Below the pieces are notes generated by a model. The model worked only from the letters and a program-made list of their open reading frames with translations. It had not been told where the DNA came from and did not search any database. Below are positions 50,133 through 59,488 of a stretch of DNA of 64,000 nucleotides, in pieces. Origin of the DNA: Bacteroidota bacterium (lineage in GTDB: Bacteria > Bacteroidota > Bacteroidia > AKYH767-A > 2013-40CM-41-45). The translations under genes and the position numbers were made by a program. Within the stretch, counting starts at the first letter, position 1; each line of letters starts with the position of its first letter. The stretch is from NCBI GenBank assembly GCA_031427625.1, contig JANPNV010000002.1, forward strand, positions 36,370 to 100,369, written 5' to 3'.

Positions 50133-51476
50133 TTAAAATTTTATCTGAGTTCGGAGAGTGAAAACATTGTCCATTATATCTTTAGTATAACCAGAAAGGT
50201 TTTGGCTTGTTTCATTTTTTACCATATCATAATAAGCCGTTATTTTTACATTAGCATCCCAACGGTATAAAAGGCCAATTCCTAGTGTGGAATATTTTAC
50301 ATCTGTCGAATTGGATGATTTGAAACCTGACGCTACCGTTTTTCCTACCTCATCACCTTTTAAATCTGTATTCGGATCATACCAATCATATTTAACCAAT
50401 GCCTGAAATGGAGTATGTGCAATGTTTTGAAGGAAGTATAAATAAGCACCATTAAATTTCCTATTCATTATCGGTGAAGTAACCGCTGCAGAAGGACTTT
50501 TAGAAGTTCCAGAAACATCTGGTTGATCGCCCTGAATATATTCTGCACGGAATGTTGTTATACCGGCAATCCAATCAACACTTATCTGACCATCAAAACC
50601 AATATATTTTCGTTTTGGATAAAACTTGTTCTTATTGCCTGTCGAACTTGTAATATTAAATCCTTTCGATCCATCAGGGTCAGTTGCCATTGAATAAACT
50701 GTATCGTTATCCAATCTGAAACCGCCATCATAATACGACGCTCCAAGACCATATTTTACCATTTCTGATTTTGTAGATTTGTTAATACCAATATGTCCGA
50801 TAAAATCTTTTTTCTTATCAAAATCGCTTGCCTGTGATAGAGCATCCGGTGCTCCATTTCCATTAAACATCCCAGCATCCACCTTTAGCCAATTCCAATT
50901 GGAAGATTTAGGCCCTTGTATTGAAATCATCGCACCCAGATCACGTTCATTTGGAAAAACAATTTGTGACATCCGACCTCTTTCAGGCGATTCACGCATA
51001 CTGGATGAATAAACAATCTCATATCCGAAAGGACGATTTTGCATTCCTGCAATCAAAGAAAACCAACCTATATATGGGTCGGTAAGTTTTACATAAGCAT
51101 CCTTTATATTTACACCTTTCTCGGTTACATCGAATTGCAAAATATATTGACTGGTTGAAATACCCTTTTCATTCAAAGCAGCATCGTATTGAAATTTAAT
51201 TCTCCCGCGTCTAACAGCAAATCGCTTATCTGTTAATGAAGGGAAATTACCTCCTGCATAAGATGCTTGTCCCATTGTTTCAGCAACCTGAAATTGAGCC
51301 TGAATGTAGCCACTAATATGTAGCCTGTTTTTTACGTCTAAACTTTGCTGAATTCCCGCTACTGTACGTGTTAAAGTATCCAGTGGCGATTCCTGAGAAG
51401 ACTCCTGAGCTGACACAATACCCAGGAATAAAAAATTCAAAAGTAAAACTGAAATTGATGTAAATTTATTTATCAT
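50133..51476 (-). CDS. outer-membrane porin (likely a phosphate-selective OprO/P-like porin) heading the pst operon
   Basis: It has a signal peptide, a beta-barrel pattern and a C-terminal ...QIKF. Its position directly upstream of pstS and co-directional with it supports the call. Confidence 0.55.
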   Translation of the reverse strand: MINKFTSISVLLLNFLFLGIVSAQESSQESPLDTLTRTVAGIQQSLDVKNRLHISGYIQAQFQVAETMGQASYAGGNFPSLTDKRFAVRRGRIKFQYDAALNEKGISTSQYILQFDVTEKGVNIKDAYVKLTDPYIGWFSLIAGMQNRPFGYEIVYSSSMRESPERGRMSQIVFPNERDLGAMISIQGPKSSNWNWLKVDAGMFNGNGAPDALSQASDFDKKKDFIGHIGINKSTKSEMVKYGLGASYYDGGFRLDNDTVYSMATDPDGSKGFNITSSTGNKNKFYPKRKYIGFDGQISVDWIAGITTFRAEYIQGDQPDVSGTSKSPSAAVTSPIMNRKFNGAYLYFLQNIAHTPFQALVKYDWYDPNTDLKGDEVGKTVASGFKSSNSTDVKYSTLGIGLLYRWDANVKITAYYDMVKNETSQNLSGYTKDIMDNVFTLRTQIKF

Positions 51477-51628
51477 ATGTGTTTAATTTGAGTGTAAAGA
51501 AACTATGACTTCATTAACTGATTGCTTATTCCATATTAAGTTAATGTTAAGGAATCTTGGCAGGGTGATTTTTTTTTAATTATATGGTGATTTATTGACT
51601 TGAATGATAATGCTCAAACACCAGTTTC

Positions 51629-52012
51629 CTACTTATTTTTTCCCTTCATTAATTCTCCAATCATATCCATTAAAATAGCAGGTCTGACTGGCTTAGTAAT
51701 AAAATGACTGCCGCCGGCCTCAAATGCATTCAGGGCAGTATACTCATCAGAGTCTGCTGTAAGAAATAGGACTGGTGTAGTCTTCAACGCCTCAATCTTT
51801 CTCATTTCCCTGCATGTCTCGATGCCTGTTATCCCAGGCATTCTAATATCCAATATTATCAGATCTGGGATATACTGAGTAGCAAGTTCGATTGCATCCT
51901 GACCATTAGTTGCTTTTAAAACTTTGAAGTTTTCCTTTGTGAGGTTGTAGCTAAGAATTTCTATAATGTCAGGCTCATCGTCTACTATTAAAACCTTTAA
52001 TTGCTCACTCAT
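51629..52012 (-). CDS. single-domain response regulator (receiver only, CheY-like)
   Basis: The phospho-acceptor Asp region (DIRMPGITG) and VLIVDDEP are present. There is no output domain (127 aa). Confidence 0.8.
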   Translation of the reverse strand: MSEQLKVLIVDDEPDIIEILSYNLTKENFKVLKATNGQDAIELATQYIPDLIILDIRMPGITGIETCREMRKIEALKTTPVLFLTADSDEYTALNAFEAGGSHFITKPVRPAILMDMIGELMKGKNK

Positions 52013-52288
52013 GTTTGTTTTTCTTTCGAAAGTACGTTTTCTTGATAAACAAAAGATTGTTGATAGATGACCAAATTGTTAAATTTATAAAAATAGCACC
52101 TTCATAACTTTAATAAAAGGTAATAAGCAAGGATAAAATTATAGAACGAGAAGAATTGATTTACAAAAGCACCTCAATTGAAACTCCACATTCTGTTCGC
52201 GAACAATTTATTCTCCGAATTAATGAAAATCAAAATTAGCTGACGAATGTTAAGAAATAATTTACGTATTGCTATCGTTTCTTGAAAA

Positions 52289-53353
52289 GTGAAGTTACTT
52301 TCGCACGGCATGGCACGAAAAGCACTTATTCTTCGAATTGCATGGGGCTCAGTCGGCTTCCTTTTAATTCTGGTAAGTATATTAGGATTCCTTATATATA
52401 GGCAGATTTATAAGACAAATCTCGTAGGGGCTCGTGGTAGTAAACAGTTTTTATATATTCCAACAGGATCAGATATTCAAGATGTAATTAATATCCTTGA
52501 AAATGAACAACTGTTACTTGATGAAAAATCGTTTAGATGGACGGCCCATCAAATGAAATACGATATAGCTGTGAAACCAGGGAAATACCAGCTAAAACTT
52601 CGTATGAACAATAAAGAATTGATTTCTCTTCTGCGTTCGGGAAGGCAGGTTCCTGTCAATGTTACATTTAATAATATTAGAACCGTTACTCAACTCGCAA
52701 ATAAAATAGGCGATCAGATTGAGGCAAAACCACAAGCCATCATAAATCTTCTTTCTGATGCCGATTACCTCATACAACTAGGTTTCAATTCTGATAATGT
52801 ACTTGCTCTTTTTATACCTAATACCTATGAATTTTACTGGAATACTTCTGCCGATAAATTTATTAAGAAAATGAAATCGGAATATGAAAAATTCTGGTCG
52901 GTCCAAAAGTTAACTCAGGCAAAAACAATAGATTTAACTCCAATTCAAGTTGCCGTAATTGCTTCCATTGTACAAATGGAATCAAACAAAGAAGATGAAA
53001 AGCCAATTATTGCCGGCGTCTACATAAACAGATTGAAAAAAGAATGGCGCCTGGAAGCTGACCCAACGCTTATTTTTGCCATTGGTGACTATTCCATTAC
53101 ACGGGTACTTAATGTTTATAAAGAAGTTGAATCACCTTATAATACCTATAAATACAAAGGACTTCCGCCAGGACCTATCTGCCTTCCGACCATTGCATCA
53201 ATTAATTCCGTCTTGAATTATGTTCATCATCAATACATGTATTTTTGCGCAAAAGAAGATTTTTCCGGTTATCACTCATTTGCTGTTTCCTATGAACAGC
53301 ACCTTCAGAATGCGCGTCGTTTCCAACATGCGCTCGATAAAAGAGGAATCTAA
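52289..53353 (+). CDS. mltG: endolytic murein transglycosylase MltG (YceG family)
   Basis: An N-terminal TM helix is followed by YceG-like sequence (LVGARGSKQFLYIPTGS...). The call starts at a GTG, and an alternative ATG lies at 52310 (MARKALIL). Confidence 0.75.
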   Translation: MKLLSHGMARKALILRIAWGSVGFLLILVSILGFLIYRQIYKTNLVGARGSKQFLYIPTGSDIQDVINILENEQLLLDEKSFRWTAHQMKYDIAVKPGKYQLKLRMNNKELISLLRSGRQVPVNVTFNNIRTVTQLANKIGDQIEAKPQAIINLLSDADYLIQLGFNSDNVLALFIPNTYEFYWNTSADKFIKKMKSEYEKFWSVQKLTQAKTIDLTPIQVAVIASIVQMESNKEDEKPIIAGVYINRLKKEWRLEADPTLIFAIGDYSITRVLNVYKEVESPYNTYKYKGLPPGPICLPTIASINSVLNYVHHQYMYFCAKEDFSGYHSFAVSYEQHLQNARRFQHALDKRGI

Positions 53354-53428
53354 TCATTTCTGATAATCTCTTTTTTATTAATTAAAATCCTATTTTCGCA
53401 AATCCTATTTTTTAAGAATTAATCAATC

Positions 53429-54847
53429 ATGATAAATAAAATAAAATTTGGCACCGACGGCTGGAGAGCAATCATCGCGAAAGACTTTACTGTTGATAAT
53501 GTAGCAAGGGTAGCAGAAGCAACGGCATTATGGCTTAAGAAACATTCAAAAAATCCGAATGTAATTGTTGGTCACGATTGCAGGTTTGCCGGCGAATTAT
53601 TTGCTCAAACTGTTACTGCTGTTATGGGCAAAATGGGAGTGAAGACTATTCTCGCTAAAGATTATGTATCTACTCCGATGATATCACTCGGAGCGATTAA
53701 TTATAAATGTGATGCTGGAATCATTATCACTGCTTCGCATAACCCACCCTCATACAATGGCTTTAAGCTGAAAGGATCTTATGGTGGACCCTTGCAACCA
53801 TCGAATGTTCAGGAAATTGAAGATATGATTCCGGATAAATGTTCGATCGATTTTCAATCGGTCACCATGGACGATCTGGAGAAGAACGGACTTTTAGAAT
53901 ACGCAGATATTGAAACAGATTATATCAGGCATGTCGAAAAGCATTTTGATTTGAATGCCATCAGGAATTCCGGATTAAATCTTGCTTATGATGCAATGTA
54001 TGGATCCGGACAAAATGTAATAAAACGTTTATTCCCTGAGATCACGATGCTGCATTGTGATTATAATCCCGGATTCATGGGACAAGCACCTGAACCTATT
54101 CACAAAAACCTAATTGAGTTCAGCAACCTTATTAAATCATTAGGAAATATTGATTGCGGATTAGTTACCGATGGTGACGCTGATAGAATCGGTATGTACG
54201 ACGGGAAAGGAAATTTTATTGATTCACATCATATCATCCTGCTCTTAATTCATTACTTGGTAAAGTATAAAAAAATGAAAGGGAAGGTCTGTACTGCATT
54301 TAGCACCACACCAAAAGTTGAAAAGTTATGCAAACATTATGGCTTACCAATTGAGACTGTGAAAATAGGTTTCAAATACATTTGTGAAATCATGATCAAC
54401 GAAGATGTCTTACTCGGTGGAGAAGAGAGTGGAGGTATAGCTATTAAAAATCACATGCCCGAAAGAGATGGTATATGGATGGGCTTAGTCATCTGGGAAT
54501 TTATGGCCAAGAGCGGAAAAAAACTGAATGAACTTATTGATGAAGTCTATGCAATCGTTGGACCATTTTCATTTGAGAGGAACGACATGCATCTTAAACA
54601 AGAAGTAAAAGATAAAATAGTTGAGAAAACAGCGCATAACGGATACAATGCTTTTGGTAAATACATCGTGAAAAGAGTTGAAAATATCGACGGTTTTAAA
54701 TATTTCTTTGATGATAACAACGATGAATGGCTGCTAATTCGTGCCTCCGGTACGGAGCCAGTGCTTCGTGCTTATGCAGAATCCAAAACCAGAGAAGGTG
54801 CGTTCGAGATTCTTAAAGCTGCTGAAAAAACTTTACTCGCTAATTAA
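53429..54847 (+). CDS. phosphoglucomutase/phosphomannomutase family phospho-sugar mutase
   Basis: The active-site serine loop TASHNPPSYNGFK, the Mg loop DGDADR and an N-terminal GTDGWR are present. Confidence 0.8.
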   Translation: MINKIKFGTDGWRAIIAKDFTVDNVARVAEATALWLKKHSKNPNVIVGHDCRFAGELFAQTVTAVMGKMGVKTILAKDYVSTPMISLGAINYKCDAGIIITASHNPPSYNGFKLKGSYGGPLQPSNVQEIEDMIPDKCSIDFQSVTMDDLEKNGLLEYADIETDYIRHVEKHFDLNAIRNSGLNLAYDAMYGSGQNVIKRLFPEITMLHCDYNPGFMGQAPEPIHKNLIEFSNLIKSLGNIDCGLVTDGDADRIGMYDGKGNFIDSHHIILLLIHYLVKYKKMKGKVCTAFSTTPKVEKLCKHYGLPIETVKIGFKYICEIMINEDVLLGGEESGGIAIKNHMPERDGIWMGLVIWEFMAKSGKKLNELIDEVYAIVGPFSFERNDMHLKQEVKDKIVEKTAHNGYNAFGKYIVKRVENIDGFKYFFDDNNDEWLLIRASGTEPVLRAYAESKTREGAFEILKAAEKTLLAN

Positions 54848-55063
54848 TTAGTGCAACGAAAATGCCAAAAGAAAAACTTTGCGATTGCAAATCTTCTCTT
54901 TTGGCATCATGATGTGAGTTATTTTAAATCAGACCCAGAAGTCGATTTTTAATTCTTCCTTCCCTGAGCCGGATCACTTTTTTTCAAATCATCCATAAGA
55001 AGGTAAAAAAATCCTGCAATGTAAATTGAAGTAATAATGTAAATCATGTTTTTATGTTTTAAG

Positions 55064-57310
55064 TTAATTTTTAATAATTGTTCTTTGTGTTAATTTTCCT
55101 TTTTCATTTACATAAACTATCATGTAAATCCCTGACTCATAATTACTGAGATCGAGGTTAAAATTTCTTGTTTGAATTTCTATATTTTTTTCGAGGAGTA
55201 ATTTCCCATCTGCACTTATCAGTTTTAAATTTCCTGTTGAATTCGTAGGAATTCGAATCTGAACGTTATTTACAGTCGGGTTTGGAAAAACAGAAAGATC
55301 TTTCATGTATTTATCTTCTTCAATTCCTGTTGTAGAAAAATATATCGTATTCGACTGACTGCTGCACTGATCCGAATTCATTACTGCTACTTTGTATTCC
55401 CCTTCCAGAAATGCCATAAATGTTTGGCCATTTTCTGAAGGAATAGAGGCGTTGTTATAATACCATTGATATTGAAAATTCTGAGTCGATGATAATTCAT
55501 TTCCACTAAGAGTGATTAAGGGAATTGCAGGATTAGCTTTCACAGTGACGAAATTTAATTTCATCAAAGTCTGATTACCAAAACTATTAATTGCAGTCAG
55601 CGTAACACTGTAGACTCCAGGTTGTGAATATGAAATCTGAGGATTTTTTAAAGTTGATACCGCCGGATTACCTCCCTGAAAATTCCATATCCATGAAGTT
55701 GCATTCGGTGTTGCATCTAAAAATGCAACCTGGCTATTTGCACATATTACTGTTGATTGTGCAGAAAAATTTACTTGCGGAAGATTGCAATTTGTGGATG
55801 AAATACTTTCTGAATATGTATCTGTATTGTAACACGTACTTGCAGTTAATGTAACAGTACGGATAGTATTTAAAGGAAATAGAAGTTGAATACTTTGATT
55901 CCTTGATAGGAAAGTATTATTTAAAGTCCAGCTGATCTCGGAAGCATCTGCTGAAGAATTGACAAGGTTTAATGTGTCACCTCCACAAACTGAAGAGGGA
56001 CTGCTGAAATATGCTATTGGGTTTTTGCATACAAGGCTTAGCAACCAGATATCAGACGAGCCATGTTGACCAGAAACATCATTGTTATTACTAAATGTAT
56101 ATCCTGCGATAAGGAATCCTCCAGTTGCATCTTGAAAAACACTAACAGGTCGATCACTTCCTGAACCACCGTAATTCCTGCTCCATTCTGTATTAAATGA
56201 ATTATCGGTCTTTAACAACCAGATGTCTTCCATTCCAGAAAAGTTCAAAATATCTCTGTCCGTAGAGGTCGATCCTGAAGTCAGTAAATATCCTCCATCT
56301 ATCGTTTCGATTATAGAAAACAAATTCTCAGCTCCGCTACCTCCAAAATTTTTCTCCGATTGCAAATTCCCAAAGCAATCGATTCTTATTAACCAACTAT
56401 CCGTGTAACCATAATTAGTGCTGACTTCTCCATTCGATGAACGGGAATATCCACCTATTAAAATATTCTGTCGTGAGTCGATAAGTATAGTTTGTGCTGA
56501 TTCAAAATTGGAACCTCCGAAAGCTTTAGTCCATAAATTACTTCCGTTAAAATCATATTTGGCAACCAGCATATCGTAATTACCATGATTAAACATCACA
56601 TCTCCATCTACTGAGTTTGATGTTCCCCCTGCATATATATTTCCAGAAGCATCTGTAGTAACTGAATAAAACACGTCAATGTTTGTTCCACCGGTAGAGT
56701 TCTGCCATAATAAATTTCCGAGACTGTCAACCTTCATTATCCATGCATCCTGATTTCCATGATTTCCGCTTACATCACCATCCAGCGAATAGGATCCACC
56801 GACAAGAATAAATCCGCCATCACTTGTTTTCTTATGAGCATAGCAGAGATCCACTTGAGAACCTCCGTAATTTTTTAAACTCAAGACGTTTCCGTTATTA
56901 TCAGTACACATCCAAAACACATCGAAGTTTCCTTTATTGTTTTGAAAGTCGCCGTCTGTTGAAGCTGTATATCCTGTTATAATGAGTCGACCATCAGCTA
57001 ATTCGCTGATTGAAGTTCCTGCATCAATAGAACTTCCTCCAATTGATTTTTGCCATAACAATGAGCCCGACGATGTTAATTTCGTAATCCAGATATCCGT
57101 AGAACCATGGTTGAATAAAATATCACCGTTTTGGGAGTCTACATTAGAAAGAAGAATAACGTTTCCATCATTCGATTGAATTAATGCGGCCGGAACATCT
57201 TGCTGACTGCCACCAAGGCATTTCTGCCAATTTTTCAATGGAGGTGATGCTGCCCAACCGGAAAGAACAATCTGCATTAAAACAAAGAAGAGAGATCCTT
57301 TTTTCATCAT
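55064..57310 (-). CDS. secreted repeat protein with a PKD-like domain and a type-A T9SS C-terminal sorting domain
   Basis: After a signal peptide there are about seven 45-aa repeats with the motif G..D.W..K.d..G...W.k..GGS (DIWITKLTSSGSLLWQKSIGGS, DAWIMKVDSLGNLLWQNSTGGT and others). The C-terminus (LSVFPNPTVNNVQIRI...GIYMIVYVNEKGKLTQRTIIKN) fits a Por secretion tail. Confidence 0.8.
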   Translation of the reverse strand: MMKKGSLFFVLMQIVLSGWAASPPLKNWQKCLGGSQQDVPAALIQSNDGNVILLSNVDSQNGDILFNHGSTDIWITKLTSSGSLLWQKSIGGSSIDAGTSISELADGRLIITGYTASTDGDFQNNKGNFDVFWMCTDNNGNVLSLKNYGGSQVDLCYAHKKTSDGGFILVGGSYSLDGDVSGNHGNQDAWIMKVDSLGNLLWQNSTGGTNIDVFYSVTTDASGNIYAGGTSNSVDGDVMFNHGNYDMLVAKYDFNGSNLWTKAFGGSNFESAQTILIDSRQNILIGGYSRSSNGEVSTNYGYTDSWLIRIDCFGNLQSEKNFGGSGAENLFSIIETIDGGYLLTSGSTSTDRDILNFSGMEDIWLLKTDNSFNTEWSRNYGGSGSDRPVSVFQDATGGFLIAGYTFSNNNDVSGQHGSSDIWLLSLVCKNPIAYFSSPSSVCGGDTLNLVNSSADASEISWTLNNTFLSRNQSIQLLFPLNTIRTVTLTASTCYNTDTYSESISSTNCNLPQVNFSAQSTVICANSQVAFLDATPNATSWIWNFQGGNPAVSTLKNPQISYSQPGVYSVTLTAINSFGNQTLMKLNFVTVKANPAIPLITLSGNELSSTQNFQYQWYYNNASIPSENGQTFMAFLEGEYKVAVMNSDQCSSQSNTIYFSTTGIEEDKYMKDLSVFPNPTVNNVQIRIPTNSTGNLKLISADGKLLLEKNIEIQTRNFNLDLSNYESGIYMIVYVNEKGKLTQRTIIKN

Positions 57311-57587
57311 ATAGCTTCCTGTGACGGAATACTACAAAGTGCATCAGAATGGCCCTGGAGTTCAATATTTTTATGTAAACCATTGTCTTCAATGGGTTAA
57401 TAGAAGTTATATAAAGTGAGAATTTAGATGTTTTTCAAAGCAAAACGCTCATTCTCCAAGAATTTTAACGATTTTGAATAGAAAGTTTACAAATGAGATT
57501 CAAATGGCCTTATCAGGGCATCAACAATGGAAAAGGGGCGTTAAACAAGACAAGAAAAACAATTTTCAACTGACCGACAATTTTCAG

Positions 57588-57664
57588 CAATCCCGTAAGA
57601 TTGATTAATCCAGTTCAACCCCGTAAGGTTGGCAAAAAATGACCCAGCCCCGTAAGGCTGGGTT
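57588..57664. repeat. three tandem stem-loops about 28 nt apart that share an identical 6-nt loop CCGTAA but have different, fully complementary stems; a candidate structured RNA
   Basis: The units are caatc-ccgtaa-gattg (57588-57603), caacc-ccgtaa-ggttg (57616-57631) and cccagcc-ccgtaa-ggctggg (57643-57662). Confidence 0.5.
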
Positions 57665-57671
57665 TATTTTT
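57641..57671. terminator. bidirectional rho-independent terminator formed by the third stem-loop
   Basis: The 7-9 bp GC stem is followed by tttatttttt on the plus strand and by tcattttttgcc on the minus strand, where it lies just 3' of the gene at 57664-58212. Confidence 0.7.
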
Positions 57672-58212
57672 TATGCGCTTTTATAACTGTGACACTACTT
57701 CTTTTATGCATGAGCAGATAAAAACTTCCAAATAATAATGTATTGTAGAAAAGATCGCCGGCGATCTGATTTCTGAAGAATGGAAGAGCCATACTATAAC
57801 TTTCAAGTGTTCCAGCGACTGTCATCGGATAAAGCCTCAAATCCATATACCATAGAGGTAAATTAGTCACTAGGAAAAAAACGATTGATGATAACAACGA
57901 CATACATCCGATGTTAAATACGGTCTGATTTCTGGTGATTAATACACCCATCCATACAGTAAAAACAAAACAGGCATAAACAGGGAGAATACTAAAATGA
58001 AATCCGATAAAAAGATCGCTTATAAACATGGCTGCCATTGGCAATAAGAAAGCAATTCGTTTATCTCTGAAAGCGACTCCCGAAAAAAGTGCCATTGCAC
58101 CAATAGCTGTAAAATTAAAAGGATGATAGGGGATAAATCTTGTTACCGCAGCAATAATTATTAGAAGGAATGCGATAAGGAAGGATTGTATATTTTCTTT
58201 AGATTTTATCAT
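57664..58212 (-). CDS. hypothetical small integral membrane protein (about 5 TM)
   Basis: Hydrophobic helices are present throughout and no diagnostic motif was recognised. Confidence 0.45.
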   Translation of the reverse strand: MIKSKENIQSFLIAFLLIIIAAVTRFIPYHPFNFTAIGAMALFSGVAFRDKRIAFLLPMAAMFISDLFIGFHFSILPVYACFVFTVWMGVLITRNQTVFNIGCMSLLSSIVFFLVTNLPLWYMDLRLYPMTVAGTLESYSMALPFFRNQIAGDLFYNTLLFGSFYLLMHKRSSVTVIKAHKK

Positions 58213-58265
58213 GATTATTTTTGTATGGCAAATTTATGGTTTTATCAATAATAAAAAAACGTATT

Positions 58266-59423
58266 CTACTTGATGAATGGATGCCTTTCCTTCCAGCCTT
58301 CTCCCATTTCACGCTGGAAGTTATTGCCGAATCGATTCACAAGTGATTTAATGAATTTGTTTTTCACTGCAATATAGTCATTAAAATAAACAGGAATAGC
58401 TCCGAGGTTGGCTTTTGCCTCACGGGCAGTTCTTCCAAGTTCAAGAACATCTTTTTTGTTTTCGATAGACATTCGAACACCGTCAAATAACATATTGAAA
58501 TAGATGCTTAGTTCAGTATTCAACGAATAATCTATTCCGATATAATGCATTTCAAGTGTGCTACCATGATCGATGTAGGTTGCAAATCCGATAAGAGAAT
58601 CCTTGTAATAATATCCCTGGAATGTAAACAGATCAGGAAATCGTTTTTTATACTCAAAAAAATAATTTTGCCCGACCAATCCCATTCTGACGGATTGTTT
58701 ATTAGCAACATTATTGAAAAGTTGTAATATTCGTTTTGAAGATGAGAGGATATCAGAAGCTTCAAGATTTTTTCGAATAATTTTTTCTCCGGATTTAATT
58801 ATTTTCTCCGCTCTTTTCCTGTATTTTTTTGATAGCGCTTTTACATAGGAATCAAAAGTTGCCCAAGTCTTATTGATATTCAAAGCCATTGTGAGATCAA
58901 ATGGGTACGGTTCAAGTTTATACTGAGCCGTCACTGACGCATCGAATGAACTATCAAGATCCTTTATAATAAGGATGTCGCTTTTTTTGTTTGCATCAAC
59001 TTTTATGACGATATCTAACACTTGCTCTTTGCCAATATAATTAGCATTGAACCAGATCGATGGAAAATTAACTGCAAATAAGTTACCACAAATAGACATT
59101 CGAAATGGACGAACGAATAATAGCAATGAGGTTAATGCAGAAAGCAATTTATTATTTCGGAAGCTTATATTTTTTGGACTAGATTTTAGATCTTGAAAAT
59201 AAAGTAGTCCGACAACTTTATTTTCAAGATCAATATTCTTTTTAATGAATACATATCTGAATTTCAAATCGACAGGATTTGACTCCTGAATTAATTTTAA
59301 GTAAGATACAGTGAGAGTGGAAGGTGCATTTTCTTCCCAAAGCATAGTAAGTTCCTGATCCAGAGAATCAAAAACTAAAACATGATAATTTCCTTCAGAA
59401 AAGGAGGAAAAAGCCATAGACAA
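58266..59423 (-). CDS. hypothetical protein, possibly a GNAT/FemAB-like acyltransferase-fold protein
   Basis: The 385-aa length and a C-terminal half of the form LELGRTAREAKANLGA... are only a weak resemblance to FemAB-like proteins. Confidence 0.35.
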   Translation of the reverse strand: MSMAFSSFSEGNYHVLVFDSLDQELTMLWEENAPSTLTVSYLKLIQESNPVDLKFRYVFIKKNIDLENKVVGLLYFQDLKSSPKNISFRNNKLLSALTSLLLFVRPFRMSICGNLFAVNFPSIWFNANYIGKEQVLDIVIKVDANKKSDILIIKDLDSSFDASVTAQYKLEPYPFDLTMALNINKTWATFDSYVKALSKKYRKRAEKIIKSGEKIIRKNLEASDILSSSKRILQLFNNVANKQSVRMGLVGQNYFFEYKKRFPDLFTFQGYYYKDSLIGFATYIDHGSTLEMHYIGIDYSLNTELSIYFNMLFDGVRMSIENKKDVLELGRTAREAKANLGAIPVYFNDYIAVKNKFIKSLVNRFGNNFQREMGEGWKERHPFIK

Positions 59424-59488
59424 AACGGTTTAAGGGTGCACAAAAATAGCATTACCTTTTCCTCATAAAAATAAAATTTCTATTGCCT

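Noticed and set aside
54861-54911. Inverted repeat tgccaaaaga...tcttttggca after the phosphoglucomutase gene, read as a terminator
   Set aside because: The 10-bp stem has a 24-nt loop and no clean U-run on either strand. It may be a weak terminator between convergent genes, but the evidence is too thin to call it.
57588-57664. The tandem hairpin array read as a CRISPR array
   Set aside because: The units have different stem sequences with only the loop conserved, which is the opposite of CRISPR repeats. There are only three units, and no cas genes are nearby.
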